A stretch of DNA of 64,000 nucleotides, from NCBI RefSeq assembly GCF_009914755.1, contig NC_060942.1. The stretch is one strand, 5' to 3'. The stretch is from the human T2T-CHM13v2.0 reference genome, Homo sapiens. Under the pieces are notes generated by a model, which was not told the origin of the DNA, ran no database searches, and worked only from the letters and a program-made list of their open reading frames with translations. How positions within the stretch are numbered: position 1 is the stretch's first letter; each line of letters opens with the position of its first letter. Shown here piece by piece: positions 19,334-41,652 of the stretch. The position numbers were made by a program, and so were the translations under genes.

Positions 19334-20363
19334 CTGGAAAGGAGAAGGGAAAGTTATGCTGAGAGCACCAGGCACAGGTTGAACACCGCAGTCTTAGAAA
19401 CAGCAGAGGGAAGACTGCCTTCTCAGGTCCCCCTCAGGTGAGGCAGGGAACGGGCCCTCCTCACCTGAGACCAAGGGGGCCCAGCCTTCTCCCTGCACAG
19501 CTCACCCCCGACCAGCCCAGGCTCCAGCAGGAGAGACAAGTAAGGCCCAAGTGTGCCTGAGTGGAAAATGTCTGGGACACTGACCTGTCAAAACTGGCCC
19601 CTGGCTCACTGGGTTCCCATCAAATATAGTGGGGGATCCATAACAGAGATTCAGAGAGGCACCGTGGAGTTCCAGGGTCATCGGTCAGCGAGGAACAAGG
19701 AGGGAAAGGTGTCTTCCTGCCCCTTGATGCTCAACTAAGCATCTGTTCCCTAGAAATACATGTGTCCAGGTCGTCTCCATGGGCTTTTCTTTGCAGATAC
19801 TTTTATGTGGAACAACAGTGGCAAATGTTTTCATTTACTTTGAATTTGAAAATGTTAGGGTTTCCTCCACCTTTTTATGAAGTAAAAGAACCTGTCGTAC
19901 CAGCATCATGAGCTGGATGCAGGAGCCCATGGCTGAAAGGAGTTAAAACGCCCAGTGGTCATTAAGTGAAACATCTTTTATCAACCTGCAAAAGCTGCAG
20001 CGTTCTCTGCCAGGTCAAATGGGCATGTTTAGAAAATAAGAGAAGATGGCTGAGTATAGCTAATGAATAAATGGTTGTTTCTTTAGAAAATTAAACACAC
20101 ACAGAGTGTAAGAGGAGAGGATACGGCCCTCCCTGAAGGATAAAGTCCACCTGGACGGTGCCCTGCCCTCGCTTCTCACATTAACTGCCCAGGAATGTCA
20201 TGCTGATTGGTTCCCGGAAGGGTGTTTGGCAAGGGGCAGTGTATGGAGCTACGTGTAGAAGGAGAGAAATTTGTGTGTGGCTTTTGTAAATTTTGACCGA
20301 TTGCAGCAATTAAATAGTTGATTACTGTGTTGATTTAAATACTTATGAAAGCTTTCAGACAAA

Positions 20364-20369
20364 AATAAA
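20364..20369 (+). terminator. Distal GNAL polyadenylation signal AATAAA
   Basis: AATAAA followed about 25 nt later by GU/U-rich ggggttgtttctgttc. Confidence 0.65.
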
Positions 20370-20381
20370 CTTTCACGTTAC

Positions 20382-20522
20382 CATGATGAAACTGGGGTTG
20401 TTTCTGTTCCTCCAACTGAAAGATGGGACGCTGAGCTCGGGGACTCGGCCCCCGTGGTGCACCTCGCAGGCGCTGTGCGTGTGGCCACTGAGAACCAGGC
20501 GCGGCTGGAGCCACCACAGCAG
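20382..20522 (-). CDS. MPPE1: MPPE1 coding exon with GHxH motif
   Basis: actgtcag|CTG...ATCATG|gtaacg; 141 bp. Encodes [47 protein letters not shown]. Confidence 0.96.
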
Positions 20523-21204
20523 CTGACAGTGGCCGAGAAGACAGCAAAGCAGGCTGTTAGCTCATCCTCAACCAGGCTCTCACCGCTCAGCAGACGGCCG
20601 CTGGCCATCGCTTCTTTCCTTAAATTACATACTAAATCCTTATTTTGAAGGACTGGTTTATTTTTTTCCTTAAAAATCCTTTGGTTTATTTACACTAAAT
20701 CAAAGGTAAGGTCAGCCCTTTGTTCTCATCCCAGATTTTATATACTTTTTACGGTATTTTATCTTTATAAATATTTTATACATTTATCTTATAAATATTT
20801 CTTATATTTATATATTATGTATAATGTAATATGTATTATATAAATCTATATAAGAAAATGCATTTTAATTTTAATTAAGTCCCTAAAAAATTGACTTTTC
20901 AGTTCCATTCACATTTCTAAATACATTTAAGTTGGTGAAAAACTCTGAATACAAAGAATAGCTGAGACTATTACTGACTTGAGGGTAGGAAACAGAAGTA
21001 GGTTTACTGGAAAAAAAAAAAGCGATTAAATGAAAATCTGAGATACTGTGAAAGCCAGGCCTCCACCCCTGTCCCCCCAGGTGATAACTAAGTCATGAAC
21101 GTTTCAGCAAACACCTGCTCTAGCCTGGGCACTCTGCTTGTTGACATGCAAGGTGATGAGAGTCACACTGTGACATGAATTAGCATCACGACACCCTGGC
21201 AAAC

Positions 21205-21327
21205 CTTTTGTGATGCCTCCCGTGAAAGCACGTCATAGTTCTCCTTAAATGGGATGTCCCTTTCCTCTGCAGGAGCAGCGTCTTCCCCAGAACAGTTAGC
21301 ATCACTTCTCCGATACAGAGGATAATG
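21205..21327 (-). CDS. MPPE1: MPPE1 coding exon
   Basis: ggacag|CAT...CAAAAG|gtttgc; 123 bp. Encodes [41 protein letters not shown]. Confidence 0.95.
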
Positions 21328-21418
21328 CTGTCCGGGGTGGAGAGAGGAGTTCAGGCGGCTATCGTGAAACCACAGGCTGCCTGCTGTCTGCCATGAGCCC
21401 TTTCCTCCCCCAGCTCAC

Positions 21419-21484
21419 CTGCAGGAGGACAGGGGCAGACGTGGGCAGCAGAGGCCCAGGTCCACACCGGCTGGAGCCACGTGC
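21419..21484 (-). CDS. MPPE1: MPPE1 coding exon (alternative acceptor at 21487 adds Gln)
   Basis: cccagcag|GCA...CTGCAG|gtgagc; 66 bp. Encodes [22 protein letters not shown]. Confidence 0.93.
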
Positions 21485-21622
21485 CTGCTGGGTACAAGTC
21501 AGGCCATTAATCCGCACACCTGACCCTCATCAAAGGGCAAGAAGCGCTAGGGGGCTGAGTGAGCAACCGAAGCGGAGCAACACGGGACAGAAGGCACCTG
21601 TGGCATTCAGATGCTCTCCTAC

Positions 21623-21731
21623 CTCTCGGGAGCAGTTCAGTCTGTGAGAAACTTCAATGAGCTCTGCTTCTGTTTCAGAGCAGATGCCACAGCCATCCCC
21701 GTTCAGCGCCACGCTGTTGACCATCACAAAG
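21623..21731 (-). CDS. MPPE1: MPPE1 coding exon
   Basis: cgcttcag|C...CGAGAG|gtagga; 109 bp. Encodes [36 protein letters not shown]. Confidence 0.96.
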
Positions 21732-23374
21732 CTGAAGCGGAGGGAAACGCAGGTGAGGCCGCTGGGGGTATCAGTGCTTTCTTTTCCCTACTGTTCCCAT
21801 GAAAAGAAAGCTAAGCATCCAGTGCAAAGAAACAAGCCCAGAGCAGCTTTCAATCCCACCCAGAATAATTTGGTGTATTTTTAAATATGAGTCAATATTA
21901 ACAAAAATAGCATTACTGGGAGTTCTGTCTAAGACACGATCGAAGGGTTTTTGACCCTAAACTTGTGAGAAATCCCAGATTACAGAAGCTCTGCAGTTAG
22001 ACTATGTCTAAGCTCATCCTCCAACCAGAACCTCATCTGTTACAGCGCCTCTTCCATGCAGGGCTAAGAACCCTATGCCCACCCCATCAGCTGGTTGTGA
22101 GGATTCAATGAAATGACATGGCAGGTGTTTAGAACACAGCCTGCCACTAGAAAGTACTCAGTACGTGTCAGATATTGTGACTAACAGGTAGAGGGAACCA
22201 CAGAGTGCATCAGTGACATACAGACACACACAGCAAGTAAGGCAGAGGGTAGGGTGCCGGTTAGAGCTAACTGGGTATGGATAATCCCAAACTAGGGTAA
22301 TAACAAAGTCCATTGTGGTTAGACTCAGCAGCCACATTTTTTTAAAGACTCCCACTAAATACGGTTTTATCTCCTACATGCATACCATCTTGGAATGACG
22401 AAAGTACCTGTCAGTAAAGACTGCTTGAAATTTAACTCGTTTTAGAGATAAGGAGTGGAGTTATCAAGTGATCAGCAGTATGATAAGCTGTTTGAAGTGT
22501 CTTAAACACACACTTAGAGGGAAATAATTCAAACTGTATCATGCTTCTATTATGAGTCAGCAGAGAAAGCCACCTACTAGAGACTCTGCCTTCCTGGCAG
22601 AGGGAAAGGTGAGCATTGGTGGTGAAGCCACTGGACAGAAATGACCTCACCTGCAGACCTGCTGTGTCCAAGGTCAACAGAGTGCTGGGCACCCACAGGA
22701 AGGACAAGATTAAAAGAGAAAAGGCTTCCACTCCCACCTGTTTTCTCCACCGCGTCTATAATCAGTATAGAGTATAGAGTCCTGTCCACTGTGCTGCAGC
22801 CACATACACAGCCCAGAAAGGATGTAGAGATGGGCACTGAGGTGGCCTCGCAGAGCGGGAGCTGCTCATGGTCAGGCTAAGGGTCAGGATGCTCTGGTCT
22901 AAAAGCCCAGGCCAATGGAGATGGGTGGCACAGAGCTACAGAGGAACTGTGACACACTTGCCACCAAATCCCATAGTAGTTATGACACCATAACTACGAG
23001 AACAGTCTTTGTAACGTGAAATTAGTATATTTTGATCAAATAAAGACTCTTTTACAAAGTGGGCTGATGAAATTTGTGCTACCCAGAGACAGTGCAGACA
23101 GAAAGACTATCATTCCCACAGTGGCTGGGCAGAGTCATAAACTGACCGATTCATTATGGGGTTGTCAAGGAAAACCAGGGTGGTTTGAGGTTTCCCATCT
23201 ATCGGCTCCCATGGTGAGCACCAGCAAGGACAGCCTAAGGCACTGCTGTTTAAAGATCATAAACCAGGCTAAACAGAACGCAGGTAGATGATAGATCCCA
23301 GTATGGCAGGCACCTTTAAAAAATGAAGTTTCCAAGGACTAAAGGTCTTGGAAGAATTTACAAATAATACTCAC

Positions 23375-23449
23375 TTAATGCCTTTCCAAGAAAACAGTCT
23401 TTCAGAGCTGAACACTTTCTCAAAGCGTTCTACTTTGTATGTGTTCATC
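23375..23449 (-). CDS. MPPE1: MPPE1 coding exon
   Basis: gaatatag|G...CATTAA|gtgagt; 75 bp. Encodes [24 protein letters not shown](N). Confidence 0.95.
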
Positions 23450-24092
23450 CTATATTCAATTGTGAGAAGAAACATTTTTCAGGACAAGCCATTTTAGAAA
23501 CTCCTAGAGTCATCATGAACACAAAATAACTTTCAACACTTGAGTTTCAGACTAGCATTATTAGTTAAGGGCTCTACCTGGCCCCAGGATAGCAAAGCTC
23601 AAATTTTAGTTCCACTACTTACTATGAAGCCTGGGGCAAGTTACTCAGCTGCCCAGGGCCTCAGATTCCACATTGGTACCGTAGGTAAAACAACAGGACC
23701 ATGGTAAAGATTAATGTGTTAATATATGGAAGTAAAGTACTTGAAACAGATGGCACATTATAAGCACTAGAGCACTATATAAATGTTAGCTATTAAAGTC
23801 TAAATGATCTTGGTTTTTCGTTCCCAAAGACAATAATTGGCCATTAAATGTACATTTCAAGTTAGATGTTTCCCAAGGGCACATACAATTCATTCATTCC
23901 ACAGATATTTGTTGAGGGTGTACTATGCACCAAGTAAAAACCCCTTAAAGAGTTTAATATCCCAGAGCTCACATCTTTTGAAGAAAACAAATTTCAAGAC
24001 AGCACAAATAGGGCTTTCACCTGAATTCCAACAGATTTAGAATTACAGTTAACAAGAGCTCTCAGGGTGCAGGGCTTTTGTGAACTACTTAC

Positions 24093-24196
24093 TCATAATG
24101 GAAGCCAATGTCATGGTTTCCAGCAACTACCTTCAGCTGTACATGACTTGGGTGTCTGAACATTTTCTGAAACCGCTCCACATCATCCGCCCAGGC
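24093..24196 (-). CDS. MPPE1: MPPE1 coding exon with GNHD metallophosphoesterase motif
   Basis: ttccctcag|GCC...TTATGA|gtaagt; 104 bp. Encodes [34 protein letters not shown](E). Confidence 0.97.
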
Positions 24197-24253
24197 CTGA
24201 GGGAAAAAGAATCACTGCTGAGAGCCAGAGAACCATCTCTGCCCTGTGGCTAA

Positions 24254-31182
<6,929 letters not shown>

Positions 31183-31688
31183 TAGGACCTGATCCTTCCC
31201 CAGGGTGACAGCCACAAATCTGCTCTGCTCCTCTGCTGCCTAGAGGAGGCTGAAACCCAATAGGCTCAAAGTTACACAGCAATGAAGGTGAGATGGGACC
31301 ACCAACCCACATCTGTGTCCTCCCCTGCCCAGGGGACCAGTCCCAGGCACCAGGCATTGTGTAGCATCTTGTTGTCATTGCGTGGCACATCTTGTGATGT
31401 TTCTTGTCTTAATCCAGTTACAAACAAGGAGGCAGGGGCTCAGAGGGGCCCTAACAACTTGTCCAAAGTCACAAAGCGATGTGGCCCAGATCTGACTCCC
31501 AAATTATGGGGCCCTGTATATATCCTCAGTAAATGGTAAATTCAAGGAAAAGTCAAATGTCCCTAAATGTCCTCCTTTGAGAGGAAAATAACTAAGAGTA
31601 ACCTAAAGCCATAAGCCTTGCCTATGAGGAGAGGGCTATACCGTTTTGCCTACAGAATTTTAGAAAGATTCCTGATTTTACCTCTTAC

Positions 31689-31969
31689 CTTCGTAATTTG
31701 TCCAGCCAGTGGCCTAGGAATTCCCCAAGCAAATGGGTGTCAGCCAAAAACATGGCTTTGAGCACAGGCTCACGTGTGGTCTGTTCACCATCAGAGGCTG
31801 TGGTTTTCACTTCAGGCCAATTACACTGAAAGATCGCTAAGTAATAGATTAAAAATTCACAAAATAGAAGCACAGCAAAGACAACAGCTATGAGTTTCAA
31901 CAGCAATGAACTCTTCCTCTTTAATGGATGAAAATTCTGTCTTCCAAACCCCAATTCGATCATCGCCAT
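31689..31969 (-). CDS. MPPE1: MPPE1 first coding exon (N-terminal TM helix, DxH motif); the exon extends as 5'UTR to 32061
   Basis: Encodes [13 protein letters not shown]...[24 protein letters not shown](R). Donor AG|gtaaga; acceptor ttcccgtag| at 32061. The nine coding exons sum to 1191 nt = 396 aa plus stop, in frame. Confidence 0.97.
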
Positions 31970-32616
31970 TTCTCAAGCAACAACAAATCCATCAAGGGTT
32001 CACCACGAGAAAACTGCAGAGCCCTGGGGAGGGTGATGGCATTCAGGTCTTAGCTGGGCACCTACGGGAAAAGGAAAAGAATTCAGTTATGTTCCCTAAT
32101 AATACAGGTATCACGACCTCCCTCTATTAAGAACTAATGAGTTACATAATCCTATCTACATTTCCAAATTAATCGTCTTATACTTTTACAATAATAATAT
32201 GCCAGATTACTAATAAGGAAAACAACTGACCTCTCTGACTCCTTCAAGCTCTCCATACCTCCGTATGTCAGAATAAAGCTATTAGAATGCTTTTCTCACC
32301 AAGATGATAAAGTTTCATTAATATTCTAGAAATCATCAAATGGGAATCCATGAGAATGATGTGTGTCAAGGTAGGAGACATAATGGGAAAATTCAGTATT
32401 ATTTAAGTGTAATTTTGACTCCCAGGATTCCCCACCACCCCTCCTTGACCTTAAAAATCAACAGGTCACAAGCCGCCTGTAATGTGTTGCTTTTGGTGTT
32501 AATTCATCACTTTTCTACTCTGCTTTTCCACAAAATAAGTGAATATTCATGGACAATGTGCTTCAAAGATCCAAGGAATTCATTCCACATTGGACCCAGA
32601 GGCCAGGATCTGACAG

Positions 32617-34009
<1,393 letters not shown>

Positions 34010-34936
34010 ACAGAGCCACCATCTGTGAATATGAATATTGAGTACTGCAACCAGATTATATGTTTTCACAAAAATGGGTTTCCCCCTGCAAATGTGCCTT
34101 AAAACTCTGGATGGCCTTCTTTTATAAGCTATTTATGTATAGTGGCTTCTGTAAGGGAACCTTCAAAATTTTTATGGATTCATCCCAAATCTTGGATGAG
34201 CTTTGCATCCTGTAAAGAAAGCATCTATTTTGGAGACCTCTGAAGAGAAAAGTTGGTAAAAGGCTGCCCTGAGATAGGCTATAAATGGTGGCATTCTACT
34301 TCCAGGTTCTTCAACTGCGCTCAAGATGAGCATCTGAGAAGGGCGGTGACCTTCCCAGGGAGGGTATAGGGAGTTCAGATGTCAGAGAAGCCCCAGAAGT
34401 CTTACGGGGTGGGAGCTTTGGGAGACACTGACCAGAGACCCTAACTGAACCAATAAAAAAATAAAGTCCCTTTCTAGGAAGATGATTTTCTAACATGAAT
34501 CTAGGAACTTCATGTCACACGTAGGCATGGAGTCAAGAACCACCTCATTTCCCCAGGGTCTAAAATCACCTCTGTGAAATGCATCCTCAGAACTCTACAT
34601 TTGCATAGGGAAATTAAGAATAACCCCCATTCCTGGCTGGGTGCAGTGGCTCACCCCTGTAATCCCAGCAGTTTGGGAGGCCGAGGCGGGTGGATCACCT
34701 GACATCAGGAGTTCGAGACCAGCCTGGCCCACATGGTGAAACCCTGTCTCTACTAAAAATACAAAAATTAGGCTGGGCACAGTGGCTCAAGCCTGTAATC
34801 CAGCACTTTGGGAGGCCAAGGTGGGCGGATCACCTGAGGTCAGGAGTTCGAGACTAGCCTGGCCAACCTGGCAAAACCCCATCTCTACTAAAAGTACAAA
34901 AATTAGCCAGGGTGATGGTGTGCACCTGTAATCCTA

Positions 34937-35209
<273 letters not shown>

Positions 35210-35424
35210 TCAAAAAAATAAAATAAAATAACCCCCATTCCCTATAAGAGTCCCTAGCTTGTTTTACACTGGTGTCTATAAGCAACCATTAAGATGTGGA
35301 AAACCTTTAAACCTTACCTAAAGAAAAATAAGCCAGGCACAGTGGCTCACACCTGTAATCCCAGCACTTTGGGAGGCCAAGGTGGGCAGATCACGAGGTC
35401 AGGAGATCGAGACCATCCTGGCTA

Positions 35425-35688
<264 letters not shown>

Positions 35689-36053
35689 TTAAAACCTAAC
35701 GGAAAAATTGGCAATACCTTCAGAAACTGATAAATGAAGAAATCTTCTCATAAGTATTCTAATGGAGCATTGGCAATGGGTATGTGGTACTATTAAGTAT
35801 TCATTACTATTTCTGGCTTTTCAGAAGATGAAAGGGTAGGCAATGGTGAAATGGACGGCCCTTCCATTGGGGACTGTCATTCCTCTGTTTCATTAGAATG
35901 GCATTACCTATATTAACTCTTGATTTATTTATTTATTTATTTTTATTTTTTTGAGACAGAGTTTCTCTCCCATCACCCAGGCTGGAGTGCAGTGGTGTGC
36001 TCTCAGCTCACTACAACCTCCACCTCCTGGGCTCAAGCAATCCTCCTACCTGA

Positions 36054-36248
<195 letters not shown>

Positions 36249-36250
36249 TA

Positions 36251-36600
<350 letters not shown>

Positions 36601-37758
36601 TCAGACAGAGAGGTCAAAAGCAGCCTTGCATATCATCTGGAGTCAACTGCTCTTGCTGAAATTCTCCTCCAAAACCCCACAACATCTTTATCAGCTGGTC
36701 AAGCTGTACTTTATCTTCTTCACTTAGAACTTTTGTCACCTCTCTTTTCTCTAAGGCAAACCACACATGCCGCATAATCGCAGTCACAACATACCTTTAT
36801 CTTCCAACTGGGGACAGCTTTGAGTGAAAAATATCACTAATAAAAATTAAAACAGGGCAATGGTGTAAACCAGGACTGTCCCAGACAACTCAGGATGTGC
36901 AGCCACCCTGTGCTGCCTGTGCTTACTCTGACATAGAGGAGAAGCAGCAGTGCCTGTTTGCAGTCACCCACCTCATCTGTAAGAAACTTCGGAATGGACT
37001 GCACAAGTGGCAGGAACCATGCACCAGTATGGTGAAGGGCCTGGGTTCTCTGCTGGAGAGCCTCTGAGGGATAAATAACAGGTTCCTTAACGCCAGGCAA
37101 TTTCCTTTGTTGTGATTAAATCAAATATGTCAAAGGCAGCCATTCGATCTTACTATCTCATTTTTCTTTCAAAAGGCCTAGAATCTCCTAAAATCCTAAA
37201 AGCTAAACCCAAAACCATAGCTGAAACTTTCTAACACCTTATGTTTCCTCCAGCTGTACAGAACTAGTTGAGAGGGAAGGAATGCTGACCTTCTGGGGCA
37301 GGCTGAGGAGTCTTCCAGTATGCAAACCCTTGCTGTTTGGTAGGTTTCTGGTTTCCCAAGATGAAATACCAGAATGACACCTTGATAATTCCTCTTCTAC
37401 ACCCCCTTCTCTTCATCAGAGTGAGCCTTGTTTGAGCAGTTATGACTAAGAGGCGCAAAAAGCATCAGTGAGTGGTGAGCAGGCTGGAGACAAGGCTGGC
37501 TGACAGCCCAAAGTGAGGCTCAGGGCAGGATAGGATGCAAAACTGCAGTCCTCCAGCTTCCCTGGATGAAGAGAGCAGGACAGAGGACATAGAGACAGCC
37601 TGTGGGTTTGCACTTCCAGGCAACCTGGGCTCTCCCTGCCCCAACTCCCCACTGAGCTCACTCAGCATGGCCTCTTACTCCTTGCAGATAAGCGACCTTA
37701 CTGCAAACAAACCGGGTTAGAGGGGAGTTCTGGCGCTTCCCTCAAACTTCTGTGTTCT

Positions 37759-38756
37759 TGTTACAGATAGGCAGGCATGAGCGGGGCAGGTGAGGGCTCT
37801 TCCCACCTACCAGGAATGTCAGGTGATCACCAGGTGCCCATTCAACAGTTAACATATTGCCTCTCTAAAAACGATCATTTAGCAGCCAGCGCCAAGGAGA
37901 GACAATCTCCTGAGGGTCCACAGCTGCCACATTAAAGTGTTAATTAAATGCAGATGCCAGAGAGGGGCAACTTCCTGGGCATACACATCAGGAGACAAAA
38001 TGGCAGAGTATGACCTTCTGGGGGCACTCCACAGGAAAAAGAAAGCCACAGATGGGCATGCGTACAACTTCCTAAACACACTGCTCATGCTCACCTCCCA
38101 AGCTTAAGAAGGGCACTGTGCATGCAGGCAGCCCACCCTAAGGGATGAATCATGGAGAAGGGAGGGGTGCAAGACGCCAGAAGTGGGTCAGCCTATAAAG
38201 TCCTAGGATTACGGTTAAACACTGCACTTGGCTGGGCACGGTGGCTCACGCCTGTAATCCCAGCACTTTGGGAGGCCGAGGCGGGCGGATCACAAGGTTA
38301 GGAGATCGAGACCATCCTGGCTAACACAGTGAAACCCCATCTCTACTAAAAATACAAAAAATTAGCCGGGCGTGGTTGCAGGTGCCTATAGTCCCAGCTA
38401 CTCAGGAGGCTGAGGCAGGAGAATGGCGTGAACCCAGGAGGCGGAGCTTGCAGTGAACCGAGATCGCGCCACTGCACTCCAGCCTGGGGGACAGAGCGAG
38501 ACTCCGTCTCAAAAAAACAAAAAAACAAAAACAAAAACAAAAAACACTGCACTTGACCTTCACATTGCCCTCTTGGGTCTCTTCCAAATGTACTTTTCTT
38601 TCTTTCCTGCTCTAAAGCTTTTTAATAACTTTCACTCCTGCTCAGAAACTTGCCTCAGTCTCTTTTTCTGCCTTATGCCCCTCAGTGGAATTATTTTTTT
38701 CTGAGCAGGCAAGAATTGAGGTTGCTGCAGATCTGTATGGATTTGCCACTTGTAAA
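37759..38756 (+). mobile_element. LTR9/MER50-like ERV1 solo LTR interrupted by an AluY
   Basis: Starts TGTTACAGATAGGCAGGCATGAGCGGGGCAGG; TATAAA near 38194. The Alu is flanked by TSD AAACACTGCACTTG (38217-38230 / 38542-38555). Subfamily tentative. Confidence 0.75.
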
Positions 38757-39537
38757 TCAAATACCTTCTACCCCTAACATTCTTTTTTCCAAAAAGGAAT
38801 TTAAAATATCCTACACAGAGCCATTCAACCAGAGGAAGACTTGGAAGGAAAGAAGGAAGGAGGACAGTAGAAAAGGAGAGAAGAGCAGAAGGGGATGGGG
38901 GAGCAAACAGGACAGAGAAAGAGAGCAAGCAAGCTGGCTGGCACTGTTACATATTTTCCTGAGAAGACCCTAATAACCATGTGAAGCAGCTATCTGGTAT
39001 AACATAATCTTTTTTATTTATTTATTTATTTTTTTTTGAGACAAGGTCTCGCCCTGTCACCCACGCTGGAGTACAGTAGTGTGATCCCAGCTCAGTGCAA
39101 CCTCCGCCTCCTGGACTCAAGCTATCCTCCCACTTCAGCCTCTGGAGCAGCTGGGATTACAGGTGAGTGTGTGCCACCACGCCCCACCAATTTTTGCATT
39201 TTTTGTAGAGACAGGGTTTCACCATGTCGCTTAGGCTGGTGGCAAACTCCTAGGCTCAAGTGATCCACTGGCCTCGGCCTCCCAAAATACTGGGATTACA
39301 GACATGAGCCACTGCGCCCAGCCCAACATGATCATTTTTTAAAAGATAAGAGTGGCTGTGCGGGGCATGGTGGCTCATGCCTGTAATCCCAGCACTTTGG
39401 GAGACAAAGGCAGGTGGACCATTTGAGGCCAGGAGTTCAAGACCAGCCTAGCCAACATGGTGAAACCCCATCTCTACTAAATATATTTAATACAAAAATT
39501 AGCCGGGTGTGGTTGAGTGAGCGTGTAATCTCAGCTA

Positions 39538-39645
<108 letters not shown>

Positions 39646-39905
39646 TCAAAAAAAAAGAAGAAAAAAAAAGATAACAGAACAAAAACCTATTTAGAAAACT
39701 TTTGACAGCAGATCCTTAAACAGAACACCTTCTGGGCAGGTGGCTCACACCCTGTAATCCCAGCACTTTGGGAGGTGGAGGCAGGGAGATCACTTGAGGC
39801 CAGGAGTTCAAGACCATCCTGGCCAACATGGCAAAACCCCGTCTCTACTAAAAATACAAAAATTAGCCTAGTGTAGTAGTGCACACCTGTAATCCCAGCT
39901 ACTCA

Positions 39906-40007
<102 letters not shown>

Positions 40008-40907
40008 TCAAAACAAAACAAAACAAAACAAAAAAAAACAACAAAAAACACCTTTTGCTCAAATCTTGGGAAATTCCTTTTCTTCCTCTACCAAAGACTC
40101 ATTGAATTAGCATTCCCAAGGTTGTCTTCAATGTTATGGCCAAAACATGCCCTCTTTTCCTACCTGAAATGAAGACAGAATAACTTGTAGGCCTGATAGG
40201 GTGGGGGAAGAGATTCCTTCTCTCCCCAGAAATGGCACCAGCATTAGGTAATGAGGCTTCACTCCTACCGGACGGCTTGCTTCCCAAGGGTATAAATTGA
40301 CTTGTTTCACTCACTTGCTGGGCCAAACCTTACCCCAGCCTCCTCATTTTCTGCCTCCCCATTTTCTGACTCAGCTGAAGGAAACCTGCTGACCACCAGC
40401 ACCTGGGAGCTCTGCAGACACCCCCACCCCGGTGAGCCCTACCTTTTTGTCAGGAAAGAGGAAACCGTGAGAGCTCTGTGAGGAGTTAGCCACTTGTTCC
40501 TTGGTGAGTATTTTATCTTGCATGCTGTGAATACCACCAGCAGAGAGGGCAGCTATGCTGAATTGGAAAGTAGCCAAATGGCAGCGCTGCTCTGTGACCT
40601 TGTGCCAGCCACTTACCCCTCCTGAACCTCACAACCCGCAGTGTCCACCTCAGTGCTTCTGTGAGGATAGAAAAAAAATCAGAGCCTAGTCCTCAGCCTT
40701 AAAATTCAAAATTTCTTAAAGTGTTACTGTTTTCACTCCCAAGTTCAATTTATCAGTCTTATTAAGATCATCAAACGATAACCCAGCAGGAACAGTGTAC
40801 AGCTTCCACAAGACAGTTCAGGCTGGCCTAGGATGGAAAGGCAGAGATGCACCTCTCTGGTACCTCCAGACATATCCGTAAAATATGGAAGCTAGATTAT
40901 ATATTAC

Positions 40908-41014
40908 CTATAATTTTCCAGGAAAATCACCAAGTCACCTCATCTTTTAAAGACAGAGAGATTGGTACGAGGCTCTAAGTTGGCATCTGCTCCCCAAAAT
41001 CAGAATTCATTTAT
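40908..41014 (-). other. MPPE1: MPPE1 non-coding 5'UTR exon (inferred)
   Basis: 107-bp unique segment bounded by tttggtttcatttcag| and TAG|gtaata, lying between the promoter and the first coding exon. Confidence 0.75.
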
Positions 41015-41399
41015 CTGAAATGAAACCAAAAATGTGTGTTTTGTCAGTGAGTGAGCTTTCATTTAGTTAACTATTAACAGGAAACCTGACCAACTTTGAA
41101 AGTAAAAAAGAAGCTGAGAAGCTAAAGAAACAAGACATTGGGTTAGTGGCCAAGAATACCTATCTTGAATTACAATATAAAATACCTGTATTTATATATA
41201 AATTATATAAAACATTTCTGCCCAACATGTGTGAATAATCACTGCAAGCCATAATTGGGAGCCAAATATTTTATCTTTAGGCTGGGCGCAGTGGCTCATG
41301 CCTGTAATCCCAGCACTTTGAGAGGCCGAGGTGGGTGATCACCTGAGGTCGGGAGTTCAAGACCAGCCTGACCAACATGGAGAAACCCCGTCTCTACTA

Positions 41400-41612
<213 letters not shown>

Positions 41613-41652
41613 TTATTTATTTTTAGAGATAGGGTCTCACTCCACCGCCCAT

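Noticed and set aside
20738-20880. Very AT-rich tract in an MPPE1 intron
   Set aside because: Low-complexity sequence with no structure I can support.
21530-21727. ORF extension of the MPPE1 exon into the intron ([11 protein letters not shown]...)
   Set aside because: Read-through past a canonical donor, ending at a premature stop in the intron; not a separate gene.
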